Shown piece by piece: positions 1 through 11,493 of a DNA stretch of 64,000 nt (positions within the stretch are counted from its first letter, which is position 1; each line of letters begins with the position of its first letter). The notes beneath the pieces were generated by a model that saw only the letters and a list, made by a program, of their open reading frames with translations, was not told the origin of the DNA and searched no databases. The stretch covers positions 3,906,001-3,970,000 of the forward strand of contig OZ024746.1 in NCBI GenBank assembly GCA_964016885.1, read 5' to 3'. This DNA is from Eledone cirrhosa. Lineage: Eukaryota. The translations under genes and the position numbers were made by a program.

Positions 1-1995
1 CATTTCTTTTTTGTCTTTTATAGACTATAGTCTCTTGGATTTTGAAGTGTTGTTTAGCCCTAGGTCAGCTTTGTTTGAGCTGATGTATGACCAAAAGCTT
101 TCCAGCAATGATCATCTTATCATTTTCATAGGCACAATGCATCCAGATCTAAATTATACAGTCTCGTGTATTGGTTCATATGTATAAGTGTATTGAGTCC
201 ATTTTATTGTGATACCAGCACTAACATTTTACAGAGTGTACCAGGTGCATTTTATCATTGCAACAGGACTAGAGAGGTTATTGTGTACTTTACAAGATGA
301 AAAGTAGGTTATTGTGTACTTTACAAGATGAAAAGTCCTCTCTATATTATCTCTGTTTGCCAATCATTTTATAGAGTGCACTGGGTGCCTTTCATTGTGG
401 CACCAACACTAGAGATGTCAAGTCCTCAACAGCATCAAATAGTCATCACTACCCGTTGGTCCTGACAACCTCTCTAGTGTTAGAAACAATTATTTCTTTA
501 AAGATATGGTCATAAAAGGGTTAAACTACTGATTAGTTGATTACCTTTTGTTACAATTGTTGTAATATAACATTTCATAAATGTATTCTATTTCACTTTC
601 TATTTACTGTTGATACCATCTTGTGAATTACTTTAATAAGATCATTATTGGTGTTTAGTTTGTACCTGTTAATTATGATTGAGTAGATTCTTTTTATCTA
701 GATGGCCACATGGTCACTGAAATGTAGAAAATGTTGGTTTTTTTTCCTCTTAAAATGCTTGAAGTTTGTGAACACTGAGTATCTGTTAGTTTGGATTTAT
801 GTGTGATAACGTGTAATGGCCAGAGTAGAGGGTGTATCTTGTCAGAAATATAACAATTTCTCACCACTGTAGTTGTCAGTTTATTGTTGGTATGAGGTTG
901 AGGGGTCAGGAAGTTAATGAAAGTTCTATGACACAAATTGGAATGGATCTACATCATGGACTAAAGTTTTATGTCATAGAAATTCTTTTCCTTTGAATCC
1001 TGGTTATAAGATTCCGATTATTAATTCCCTACAGTTGTACAACCGAAGGTGTACAGACACACTGCCTGTACACCTTGGGTAGAATAATACCACAAGATAC
1101 TTCCCTCTTATGCCTCATTATTGGGGATTTACTATTGATGTGTCATTTGTCAATATAAATATAGGAAGAGCATCCAGCTGTGAAAAAAACTACCAAATAA
1201 AGGGCTCGGGGGAGACACTTGTGAGATACAGGCCCCAGACCATCTGAGGGGTCAGTAGAGTGCAGGAACATGTTAGTGAGATACTGGGCTCTGGACCATC
1301 TGAGGGGTCAGTAGGATGCAGGAACATGTTAGTGAGATACTGGTCTCTGGACCATCTGAGGAGTCAGCAGTTTCGTTCGAGTGCTGACTTGGTCTGTGAT
1401 GACCCATCCAACTCTGATGTTAAACGATGATGACAATAGGCTTCTGTATAATTTCTCTTTGCCAAGTTTTCCTCCCAAAATATTGATCAAGCTGAGGCTA
1501 TGTTAGATGCCTTTTCAAGATGCTGTACAGTGATATTGAATCCCCACCCATGTTGCAAAGTGAACTGTTTGATATAACCAAGCCTGCAATCAATGTTGCC
1601 TATGAAATCTATTTAGTTAGCTTAAGGTTGGAAAGATACCAAATGTAGGTATAATGGTGATAGCCATCATTATCATCATTTTTATGTCTGCCTTTCCTGC
1701 ATGGGTTGAACAAATCTCTATATGGCTCAACTTTCCTAGATCAGATCTCACCGCCTCTACCAAGGTTTTTCTCGGATTTTCTCCTGTAGTCACCATTGAC
1801 GCTCAGTTCTTAGAACTTCTTCACCCAACAATCATCATCCACACACATTGTGTATCCATACCAGCGCAATCTTGCTCACTGCATCTCATTCCTCTTGTGC
1901 TGTTTTTTGCTTCAGCTTATCTGCTTTGTCGTTCATGCACACTAACATTACACATTCTGTTATACAAAACTTGTTTTTAAATGATTATAGTCAAT

Positions 1996-2234
1996 TTAAC
2001 CTTTTCATAACTGCATTTCTAATGAAATACACTCTATTTCAAGTAATCAATGAAGAATTTTGAGGGATTTACTAAAATTATGAATCATTTCATTACTAAG
2101 ATAGTAACTTAATGTAAGGTTTTTATATAAAATTATATTGGAAGATTTTAATTTTAATTGAAAACCTTTAAAATGGGTGGTTTTATTCATAGAATCAGAA
2201 CTGGTTTTGGTTGGGTTGGTAATGAAAGGGTTAA
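1996..2234. mobile_element. piggyBac-like MITE (TTAA-flanked), intronic
   Basis: ttaa-CCTTTTCAT...ATGAAAGGG-ttaa; close homologue at 11206-11443; followed by an inverted partial copy at 2235-2359 also ending aaagggttaa. Confidence 0.7.
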
Positions 2235-2729
2235 ATCCCTTTATCATAATTTTATTTAATGACATTTTATTAAATCTGTTGATATTTTTTTTATTATTTT
2301 CAAATTGATAGAAACAGACAAAGTTCATTTCATTAGAAATATGACCATGAAAGGGTTAAACTAGACTTAAGCACAATTTTATAGGTCTCTTCTTAGAAAA
2401 CATTTATGTTTTACAAATATTTCATATTTTCACCGTTATTGTTTTTGCCATTTTAGTATGGGTTGGACGGTTTGTCATGGTTTGTCAATAGACCAGTCAA
2501 AGACCCATGTTTCTCTTGTATGTGGTTCTCCAACTTGTCTAGTATAAAACTGTGGCAACCTATCCAACCTTGGCCAGCATGGAAACTAGATGTAAAATCA
2601 TTATTACACTTTTTCTAGGTTAAAAATTCATACCTTCATTCTCATCTGTGCCCTTGTAACAAGTGGGCTGTAGAGAGGTGATGAATAATCTACCATTCTC
2701 TATAAGTTTTTCATCTTTCTCACCTGTAG

Positions 2730-2895
2730 GTATCCAATGCTGTTCGTATAATGAATTCCATTATGGCTTTTCTCTTCATGTTGCTCACCTTAATATTTAC
2801 TTATCCATTCTCAAAACTGCTTTACAAGGCGTCTTGCCCAGTTTCATCTACCACTCAAGCAGAATTCAGCCTTGTAGATTATGCCGTGTCAGATG
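2730..2895 (+). CDS. PKMYT1: PKMYT1/Myt1 kinase, internal exon encoding the membrane-association segment (kinase-domain exons not found in this window)
   Basis: Acceptor tttctcacctgtag|, donor |gtaagt; phase 0 to 1. Encodes VSNAVRIMNSIMAFLFMLLTLIFTYPFSKLLYKASCPVSSTTQAEFSLVDYAVSD (hydrophobic stretch). Splices in frame to four downstream exons ending in PRNLLGMF, like the Myt1 C-terminal RNL motif. Confidence 0.8.
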
Positions 2896-3568
2896 GTAAG
2901 TTTTTAATGATTTTCTCATTTTATATTTATGTAACAAATTATTCTGTGACTTTTAATATTGTTTTTACTGGTTTGGGTCTTTGGGTTGCAGCCATTAAGC
3001 GTTCTTTTAAACAGTTGCAACTCGGCAGCTGTAGGAATAACATAGACAATTCCAAAGGGGGGATGTTTGGGGATGGAAAGACAGTGTATAGGGTTTAGTA
3101 TATGACCTGGAAGGGGTGAACACAATGTGGGTGATGGTATGAGGAGAGATAGTTGAATGGGTAGTGATAAAATGGAAGTGGTTTGAAACCAAGAATGGTT
3201 TCAGGAATGGTAGAAAGTGGGGACAGTATATGTTGAACTATTTCATATGAATTAGTTAGGCTGTTGATTTATTTAATTTTTGGGGTAGGTATGAGGTGTA
3301 TAGAGTCTGAAAGGACATTGGTTAACTCAAGGTTTATAATATAACTACTCATTAAAGGGTCTGTTGTAGGGATCCCAGAAACATGTTTGCATTAGTCAAC
3401 TTGTTAAATACACAGTTTTGTTTGGAATTACTATTAAATGACTTTTGAGTTGAATTTTACTTTCCCTTTCATGGGGTTAAAATATTGTAGCAATGAAATA
3501 CTGAGATCATTTCTAACTGCAGCTAATATTTGTGTTCATATGACATGTTACTGTTATCAAGTATTAGA

Positions 3569-4460
3569 CACCACTACTACCACCACTATTACTAGTACCA
3601 CCCCCACTACTATTACTACTACTACTACCACCCCCACTACTATTACTACTACTACTACCACCCCCACTACTATTACTACTACTACTACCACCCCCACTAC
3701 TATTACTACTACTACTACCACCCCCACTACTATTACTACTACTACTACTACCACCACCACTATTACTACTACTACCCCACCACCACTATTACTACGACTA
3801 TCACTCCTACCACCACTGCTACTATTACTACTACTATTACTATTACCACCACCACTACTACTACTACTACCACCTACTACTAGTACCACCAGTACTACTA
3901 TTACTACTACTAATACCACCACTATTACTACTAACCCCCCCCCCCCCCCACCACCATTAGTACTATTACCACCACCACCACTATTACTACTATTACCACC
4001 ACCACCACTATTACTACTATTACCACCACCACTACTATTACTACTACTACCACCACCACTACTATTACTACTACTACCACCCCCACCACTATTACCACTA
4101 CTATTACTACTACTACTACTACCACCACTATTACTACTACTACTACTACCCCCACCACTATTAGTACTATTATCACCACCACCCCACTACTACCACCACC
4201 ACCACTACTACCACTACCACCACCACTACTATTACCACTACCACCACCACTACTATTACTACTACCACTATTACTACCACCACCACTACTACTACCACTA
4301 CTACTACCACCACTATCACTACTACCACTACCATCACTACTACTACCACCACCACTATTACTACTACCACTACCACCATTACTACCGCCACTACTACTAC
4401 CACACTACTACTACTGCCACCACCACTATTACTACTACCATCACTACTACTACCATCACC

Positions 4461-4498
<38 letters not shown>

Positions 4499-4641
4499 CA
4501 CTACCACCACCACTACTACCACTACTACTGCCACCACCACTATTACTACTACCATCACCACCACCCCACTACCACCACCACTACCACCACTACTACTACC
4601 ACCACTACCACCACTACTACTACCACCACCACCACCACCAT
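3569..4641. repeat. Compound (TAC/CAC/TAT)n microsatellite in a PKMYT1 intron
   Basis: Trinucleotide repeats with an early 30-bp period; ends ~40 nt before the exon 4681 acceptor. Confidence 0.95.
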
Positions 4642-4680
4642 TTGTTTTCATTGGCTGTATTCATGTTTGTATAATTTCAG

Positions 4681-4822
4681 ATGAAACCGTTGATGTTGAT
4701 GTTTCAAATAGTTCCTATGGAGTGCCACTGGACAACTCTAATTCTCCAGAAAGCTGTCTTGCTGATGATGATGCTGTTATCTGTGATGCTTATGATAATC
4801 ATGATGCTAACCAGTATTTTGG
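4681..4822 (+). CDS. PKMYT1: PKMYT1 internal exon (acidic, disordered region)
   Basis: Acceptor ataatttcag|, donor |gtaatt; phase 1 to 2. Encodes DETVDVDVSNSSYGVPLDNSNSPESCLADDDAVICDAYDNHDANQYFG; phases match both neighbours. Confidence 0.8.
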
Positions 4823-5309
4823 GTAATTTCCACACCTTATCTGCTCGTATTTTTGTCACCAACTGCAGGAAAACTCTAATGTAACCCAAACTATCTGTTT
4901 CAGGCACTTCACTACACAACAAGTCCCTCTACTACTAAGATTGCAAGGTGCACCTCCAGGGAAACATAATGTTGATATCTAGCAGGTTCAGTGACAATGT
5001 AGAAGCTCTCTTATTACATTAGTTAGTATGTTTGCTGTTGTAAACATCTCCCTATAATGGATGTATCAGCCATCAATTTCTTATGTAGAAGTGCATGGAA
5101 TGGGTTCAATATTTCCAGGTTTCTGCTGCATATTATTTTATGTCTTATGGTTGTAACTTATATATATATCACTGCTTCTCTATACTGTTATATATAACTA
5201 TACAGTAACATGTTTATATCTAACAGTACAGTAACAATGTTCTATTTGCCAAACTATACAGGGGCAATATAATACCTAATTATACAAACTATGGACTTGT
5301 GGTTAGAAT

Positions 5310-5502
5310 ATCTGAGAAAATAATTGCTGGACAGATTTACGAGGGCAAAAGCAACCGGCAGGAAACCCAGAGGTAGGCCCCGAGCAAGATGGTTGGATAA
5401 CATCCATGAGCTTGGCTGGTCTCGCTTGAGGATCCAGCTGGAAGGAGTGTTTGAGGACTCTTACCCCACGACCCTCTCAGGAATAAGTGGGTGAAGAAGA
5501 AG
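5310..5502 (+). mobile_element. 3' fragment of the RTE family at 21800-22570 (intronic, internally deleted)
   Basis: cccagaggtagg...gagcaagatggttggataacatccat...ctctcaggaataagtgggtgaagaagaag matches 22395-22568. Confidence 0.75.
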
Positions 5503-5754
5503 GATATTTTTCTAAACATGTGGTTCTACTTGTACAAGTTTTATCTCAGTGTCACGGCTCATCATACTTGTATGTAGAATTGAGGATTTTATATTGTTAC
5601 TTGTGAGTCTGCACCATCAAAGTTGACAGCAGTTCACATATATACATGGTTTATAGCAAGGTTTGCGATAAGAGTTTGAAGTCCACAGTTTTTTGTCCAT
5701 TGCTTTGGAATCAACTTTCTTTTTTTCCATAGATATGATAAATTTTAATTTTGA

Positions 5755-5938
5755 TACAAGGGAGTGCTGAAAAGTTCCTGGCTTAAGGGTATCGCGAAGG
5801 AGTAGAGCTGTTACCTTTACAAGGGAGGTAGGACTGCTGCAATAAGTGTGTGAATCTCAGGAGAATATGTTGAATAAAATTAACTGATCCTCCTGTATTT
5901 TCTTTTACCCAAAGCAGGAACTTTTCAGCACCCTGATA
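5755..5938 (+). mobile_element. Mariner-derived MITE in a PKMYT1 intron
   Basis: TIRs gtgctgaaaagttcctg / caggaacttttcagcac with TA flanks; interior aagtgtgtgaatctcaggagaatatgttgaataa resembles the mariner transposase end (KCV...GEYVE*). Confidence 0.7.
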
Positions 5939-6019
5939 TATTTATAATAATAATATATCAATAGTTATATATTATTATGGTTGATATTCTAAAGCATATG
6001 TTTTAGTATGAACATATTC

Positions 6020-6182
6020 TTGGTGTTAGGAAGGGCATCCAGCCATAGAAACCAAGCCAAAATCAGTTCTGCATGAGCCAGTCATGGTGGTCATCTGACC
6101 TGGCTTATTTCACAACAGGACAACTTGTCTAACCCATGCTAGCATGGAAAAATGGACGTTAAACAGTGATGATGATGATGAT
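6020..6182 (+). mobile_element. SINE or LINE 3' tail sharing the RTE end
   Basis: ggtgttaggaagggcatccagcc...aacccatgctagcatgg...ggacgttaaac...(gat)n, as at 12610-12760; other copies near 1160-1435, 2560-2605 and, inverted, 6325-6375. Confidence 0.7.
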
Positions 6183-7038
6183 ATTTTATTAGGATATTTA
6201 TTGAAATTATAGCATAGCTACAGTAGATGCCACTGAACTACATTACCACAATCATGACATCTTATCTATATATATTTTTTTAAAAAGTTACACACACAAA
6301 ATAAATAGATACACGTGTATTATTCATCATCATCATCGTTTTCACATCCACTTTTCCATTCTTGCATGAGTTAGATGGGTCCTCAGCACCGCATCTCACT
6401 ACACATCACGATCATTTGTCATCGTCTCATTGATTTGAGGTCAGCTCTCACAACCTCTGCCCAGGTCTTTCTTGGTCTACCTCTATCACGATTGATAATT
6501 TGCATAAGTGGTATATCTTGTTTTACCTGGCTGTAATGACATGTTTGCTACCTCTATCCTACAGATAAGCATGTACTTAGTTTCTGTTGACTATCAGCTA
6601 TGTGAGTGTATGGCAATGGATTTTCATGTTGCTGATTTCTTTTTGTTTCATGCTCTATGTTGCTCACCTTGTTTTGTATTGTTAAACTCTGTATTTCATG
6701 TTTAGTCTTATTAACCACTTGTCTCTGGTTTCACACATTTAACCATGTGTCATCTTTCATACTGTTAATACTTCTTTTCTCTGTTATGTTGCTATTCCTT
6801 GCATTCAGCCTTGATTAACCTTACACTTTATATTGCAAATGTCTGCGCTTTCTCTTGCTACTGTTTGTACTTCATGTTGCTACTCATTAAGTTCTACCTT
6901 ACTCATACCTTTGCTTTATTTTTACTAATTTCTGTCTAGAAGGTTTAAAACTCCTACATTTTTGTTTCTGTTAACCCTCATTTCATATTGCTAGTCTGTA
7001 TTTTGGTCCTTTATTTATTTGATTTGTTACTTTCTCAG

Positions 7039-7152
7039 GCAGAACCACAAACAAAAGGCATACACAACTCCAATACTCTACCGAAAGAGAATGCTCTTTC
7101 ACAACCCCACGAAGTCAGCATCTCCAGGTTTTTCTCGGAAATTAGATCTTAT
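7039..7152 (+). CDS. PKMYT1: PKMYT1 internal exon
   Basis: Acceptor tactttctcag|, donor |gtaagt; 114 nt, phase 2 to 2. Encodes QNHKQKAYTTPILYRKRMLFHNPTKSASPGFSRKLDL. Confidence 0.82.
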
Positions 7153-7254
7153 GTAAGTGATTCCTACACATTCTTTTCAAAGAGGTTTGTGCTAGATGAA
7201 AGGAGAGATGTTATGTTTGTGAGTCTAGATAAATGAACTGATAAAATCAGTATA

Positions 7255-7537
7255 GCTATTGATAGCAGTGATATTCTATTTTAAGTGGTAGCATTCCTGC
7301 GACAATTTTTTTTAGACATTAAAAAACATTATATATGACAAAAAAAAGTACATTACAAGAAATTCCATACGTTATAAAATAAATAGGATGGGTTGGGGTC
7401 TCAATATTTAAACTAAACGACTAATTCTGGTTTTTAAAAGAGCAGTGAAGACAACCTAAAAAATTAGTGATTTTCCAACCTCCTCACTTATTCCAACTCG
7501 GCATCTTACCCGCTCACTATTATTTGGGACCCAGTAA
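7255..7537. mobile_element. Intronic copy of the MITE at 20362-20934
   Basis: Shared interior sequence and the attatttgggaccc end. Confidence 0.55.
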
Positions 7538-7646
7538 TAATTGATAAGTACTTACAATACACTAAGGATTAGGAGCCACGTATTTCTGACTTTATATTAA
7601 AGTCAATGTGATATAACGATTCTCTGTTCTTACATTATTTTCTTAG

Positions 7647-7770
7647 GCCTTCCTCATCACCAATTCGTATTAAGGCTGCTATGGGAGGTGATGGCAAGGA
7701 AAACCGACCATCCACACCAATTATGTTACAAGATGAAGTACGGCCAATTGAGCCAAGAAATTTACTTGGA
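7647..7770 (+). CDS. PKMYT1: PKMYT1 penultimate coding exon with the RNL cyclin-docking motif
   Basis: Acceptor attttcttag|, donor |gtaagt; phase 2 to 0. Encodes PSSSPIRIKAAMGGDGKENRPSTPIMLQDEVRPIEPRNLLG; EPRNLL matches the vertebrate Myt1 C-terminus (EPRNLLSLF). Confidence 0.88.
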
Positions 7771-8487
7771 GTAAGTGTTTTTTAAAAAGGTTTAATAATG
7801 TTAACTTTTATCTGTTGTCTGTCAGTTTGTATTTTAGTCCTGAGAGGAAATATATTTTTGGCAGATATTACATTGCCGATGGACTGTTTATAACCCAAAT
7901 TTGATACCTGACTCTTCTTAAATATTTATCTGGTGAAGGCATCAGGTAGATCACTTGATTTTGACCCTTCTTAGTAAATTATACCAATAGGTGCTGACTT
8001 GGCAGAGGTCTTACAGTGTTGGATAGAGTGCCTTCTGGTACTTATTTTAGCTTTCTGCCTTCTGTGGTCAAATCTTGCCAAGATAAACTTTGCTCTCAGT
8101 ATCAATAAAATACCAGTTCAGTACAGTACAGATTTACTCTCACATTTTCAAATTTCAAACTTTGGATATTTAAATTTTCAGCAAGGAAATACAAGGAAAA
8201 GGAGTTTTTTTAGGCTCAATCCATCTCTGAAAGAACAGAGTCATAACCACACTGTCCTATCTGGCATTACTGTGTCTCCAGGCAACATTATTCTATATGT
8301 CCATTTATAAAAACTGTTCAAGCAGTTTGGCCAACCAAATAGAGACTGCCTTGTTAGGTGATCCAAAGCAAGCTGTGGTGCATTTTGCCTGGAAAGCACA
8401 ATAAAATTAAGATTTGAATCGTTATTCTTGTTTAATTGTTCATATGTGAATAATCACCAGTATTTTAACTTTCTATTTTTTTTCCAG

Positions 8488-8520
8488 ATGTTTGATGCTG
8501 CCAGTGAAGAAGAACTTTAA
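8488..8520 (+). CDS. PKMYT1: PKMYT1 last coding exon
   Basis: Strong acceptor ttctatttttttttccag|; encodes MFDAASEEEL then TAA (8518-8520). Confidence 0.85.
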   Translation: MFDAASEEEL

Positions 8521-10935
8521 ATGTCATATATGTATGTTTGTGTGTGTGTTTATATATATGTATATACACATACATAGATCATCATGAAAGACTGTTTCAA
8601 CTGAATCTACTACACTTCATCATTTCTCACCAGTCTTCCATATCAAATCACCTGTTTTCTTTCATCCTTCCTATTGTATCATATCCTACAAACTTAATCT
8701 GTAAATAAGCAAGAGAAAAAAAACAAGTTAAATCTCAATACTCGCAAAAACATTCACCTATAATGCCTACACACACATAGTCATACTCATGTATCCAAAT
8801 GTACACATGTATACACATATATATTTGTGTACTTGTCTGTGGGTGTATATATTTATATACATAATATCTGAAAATATATTACTTATAACTGATAAACATT
8901 TCTTTTCTCTCCCATTGTTTCTGTCTCATTCTGGTCATTCAAACTCTTTTATGAAATCTCTCATTATTCAGTCTTGTTACAGAATAATACGTTGTAGATT
9001 TGGTCATCTATTTAAACATCTGTGATATTTTTCAGAAACAAAGCAGTTATTTTTTCATATTTCTTCCCAAAGAATATTTTCATTTTCGCCAGATTCTCCC
9101 AAATATAACTTCTGCCATCTACTCTCTTCTCTCTCATATTCTTATTGAAATGTCTCTTCAAACTTATTTCAAAACTTCATAATTTTTAAATGTCGGTGTC
9201 TTTCCACTCTTACAATTCATTGTGTCCATTACTCTGACATCTTTCCTTCTGTTCATATAGCTTTTTTGTATCAACATGTATATGTGATATATTTCTTGTA
9301 TCATGTGTATGTGATATCTTTCTTGTATCGACATGTCTATGTGTGTGATATATTATTTTAATATTTATGTAAAATACATTTCTGTAAAACCCCCCAAAAA
9401 CTAAGTCCTCAGTTTCTTTTTGCTTTGGAAACTACTTGAAAATGTTTATAGAATCAAAGCAGACCATTTGTGACTATGACATTAAGTAGTTTAATGACAC
9501 CATTCTTAGTTTATCTTACTACATGTTGCCTTCTATATGTGACTGCAGTGAAGCCACAAAACAGGAAAAGAATTGTTAAGGATTGTTTTAATTGTTATAG
9601 GTGGCAGCTAACAGTGTATTGTCAGGCCTGCTAGTCAACCACAACATATATCAGATGGAAGATTAGCAAGTACGGTTGAGGTTGTGAATAGTTTTAATTC
9701 AAAGTTGTTGCCATTTCACTCCTCTTTATGTCGCACTCGACTATAAGAAGGGTGCTATCACAATTTCGCTGTTCATACATTTTCTTAACCTCTACGTGAA
9801 TAAGACGACCATTCCGACAGAAGTCAGTTATGTAAATAAAAAAAAATCTTCCAAGGGACGTAATTGCAGCTTACTGACTTGACAGTAATCTCCCCTTGCT
9901 ATCTTCTATCTCCACAATCAATGTTCTTAATTCAGTTCTCAGCAAAAGTTTTTTAATTTGTATAATTTTTCTTGTTCTGGTTCTTGTTGTTTGATAACTT
10001 TGTTGTTGTCTTTTCTATCTGAATATATCCAGAGATATTGAAGAAACATTTCACATTATTTGCCTTATTTAAAAAGAAAATATTTCATTAAGTTTTTAAT
10101 TTGCTGGGCATCAGTTTTATTTGAGAACCCTTGTATTTATTCTTAGTTACTATTTTTACTTTCTGTAATCCGTATATCTAAACAAAAGATTAATTTAATT
10201 TATATAAAAAAAATTTATTTCGTACAAAGGGGGAAGTTATTTGTCATTCAGCTTATCATTGAGTTAAAGTTTTCGTTTCGTTGGCATCAAATAAATTACA
10301 TTATTTTATATGAGCCCCAGTGACTTAAGGATGGTACAAGTTGATATCTAATTTAATTCTAATTCTCTGGATGACTAAAAAAAATCCTTGTAGTTAATAT
10401 AAGTTTCTTAGATCTCATTGTTCAAGGAAAATGTGACTTGATTTAATCACCTCCACTATCACTGATTCTTAATCTTTTAACCTCTATTATAATCCACTTG
10501 TAGAAAGACAAAACTAAATAATATATGGCATCTTACTGTCTCACCACTTTCATTAAAGTTAATATTTAATAGTACCAAATAGAAATGGGTGGTATATTGG
10601 ACAAAATGTTTGCAGGTTTTGGTTTTGTCTATATTTTTGAGCCTGAATTCTGCTAGGGCAAATCTAAAATTATCAGTAACATACTGGTAGAAAGGTTGAC
10701 TCATTATATTACTCTATAAGATACTTCCCCTGTACTTATTTAAAAAAATAACTCAATATTCAGCATTTAGTTAATTAGAAGTGAAATTGACAAATGTAGT
10801 AATTCATGTGTAATGTGATACATAATGTATATAAATATGTGTACTTGTAAAATATTGTAATATTCTTTTCTGTGTTACACTGTTAAAAATATCTCCTGGA
10901 TCATATTGTAAATAAATCATCTTTTAACCTATTGT
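8521..10935 (+). other. PKMYT1: Putative PKMYT1 3' UTR
   Basis: U-rich sequence with no recognisable transposon after the stop; AATAAA at 9835-9840 and 10911-10916. Confidence 0.55.
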
Positions 10936-10950
10936 CTTTGTATGTGTTGG
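10911..10950 (+). terminator. Candidate polyadenylation signal
   Basis: AATAAA (10911-10916) followed ~16 nt later by GT-rich ttgtctttgtatgtgttgg; interspersed repeats resume from ~11.0 kb. Confidence 0.55.
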
Positions 10951-11205
10951 CTTTTCTCTTGATTAGTTTTTGTCTACTCTGAATGTAATTCTGCACACCC
11001 ATGATGAAAGGCACTTGCTGTGACCATCCCTATCTTTTTTTTTTCAGGCTTGGATTACATTATTGAATGTTCCTTTATTGAGATTGTATATTTAAGGGAG
11101 ATTTGGCTGCTATTTCAAGCAAATCAACTGGCAAATTGTATTTAATCTGGGAAGGGGGAAATTCAGAACTAAACTGGGGAACTTTCAATCTAACAACTAA
11201 GTTTC

Positions 11206-11443
11206 TTAACCCTTTCATGACCACATTTCTAATGAAATACTTTTTATTTTAATTGATTAATGAAGAATTTTGAGGGATTTATTAAAATTAAATATTTCAT
11301 TGCTAAGATAGTAACTGAATGTAAAGTTCTTATATAAAATTATATTCGAAGATTTTAATTTAAATTGGAAACCTTTAAAATGGGTGGTTTTATTTCATAG
11401 AACCAGAGCTGGTTTTGCCTGGATTGGTAACTAAAGGGTTTAA
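11206..11443. mobile_element. piggyBac-like MITE, same family as 1996-2234
   Basis: ttaa-CCCTTTCATGACC...CTAAAGGG-tttaa; the interior aligns by eye to 2000-2230. Confidence 0.7.
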
Positions 11444-11493
11444 GAAGTCACTCCTCTAAGTACTAACTAGACAATGTTGTTTAATATTCATAA

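Noticed and set aside
3438-4826. 462-aa mucin- or extensin-like ORF (poly-T/P/L/H/Y)
   Set aside because: It is a trinucleotide microsatellite in an intron; only the last ~47 codons are the real exon 4681-4822.
6988-7236. 82-aa ORF with a signal-peptide-like start
   Set aside because: It is an alternative frame over an intronic polypyrimidine tract and exon 7039-7152; the true frame is fixed by flanking exon phases.
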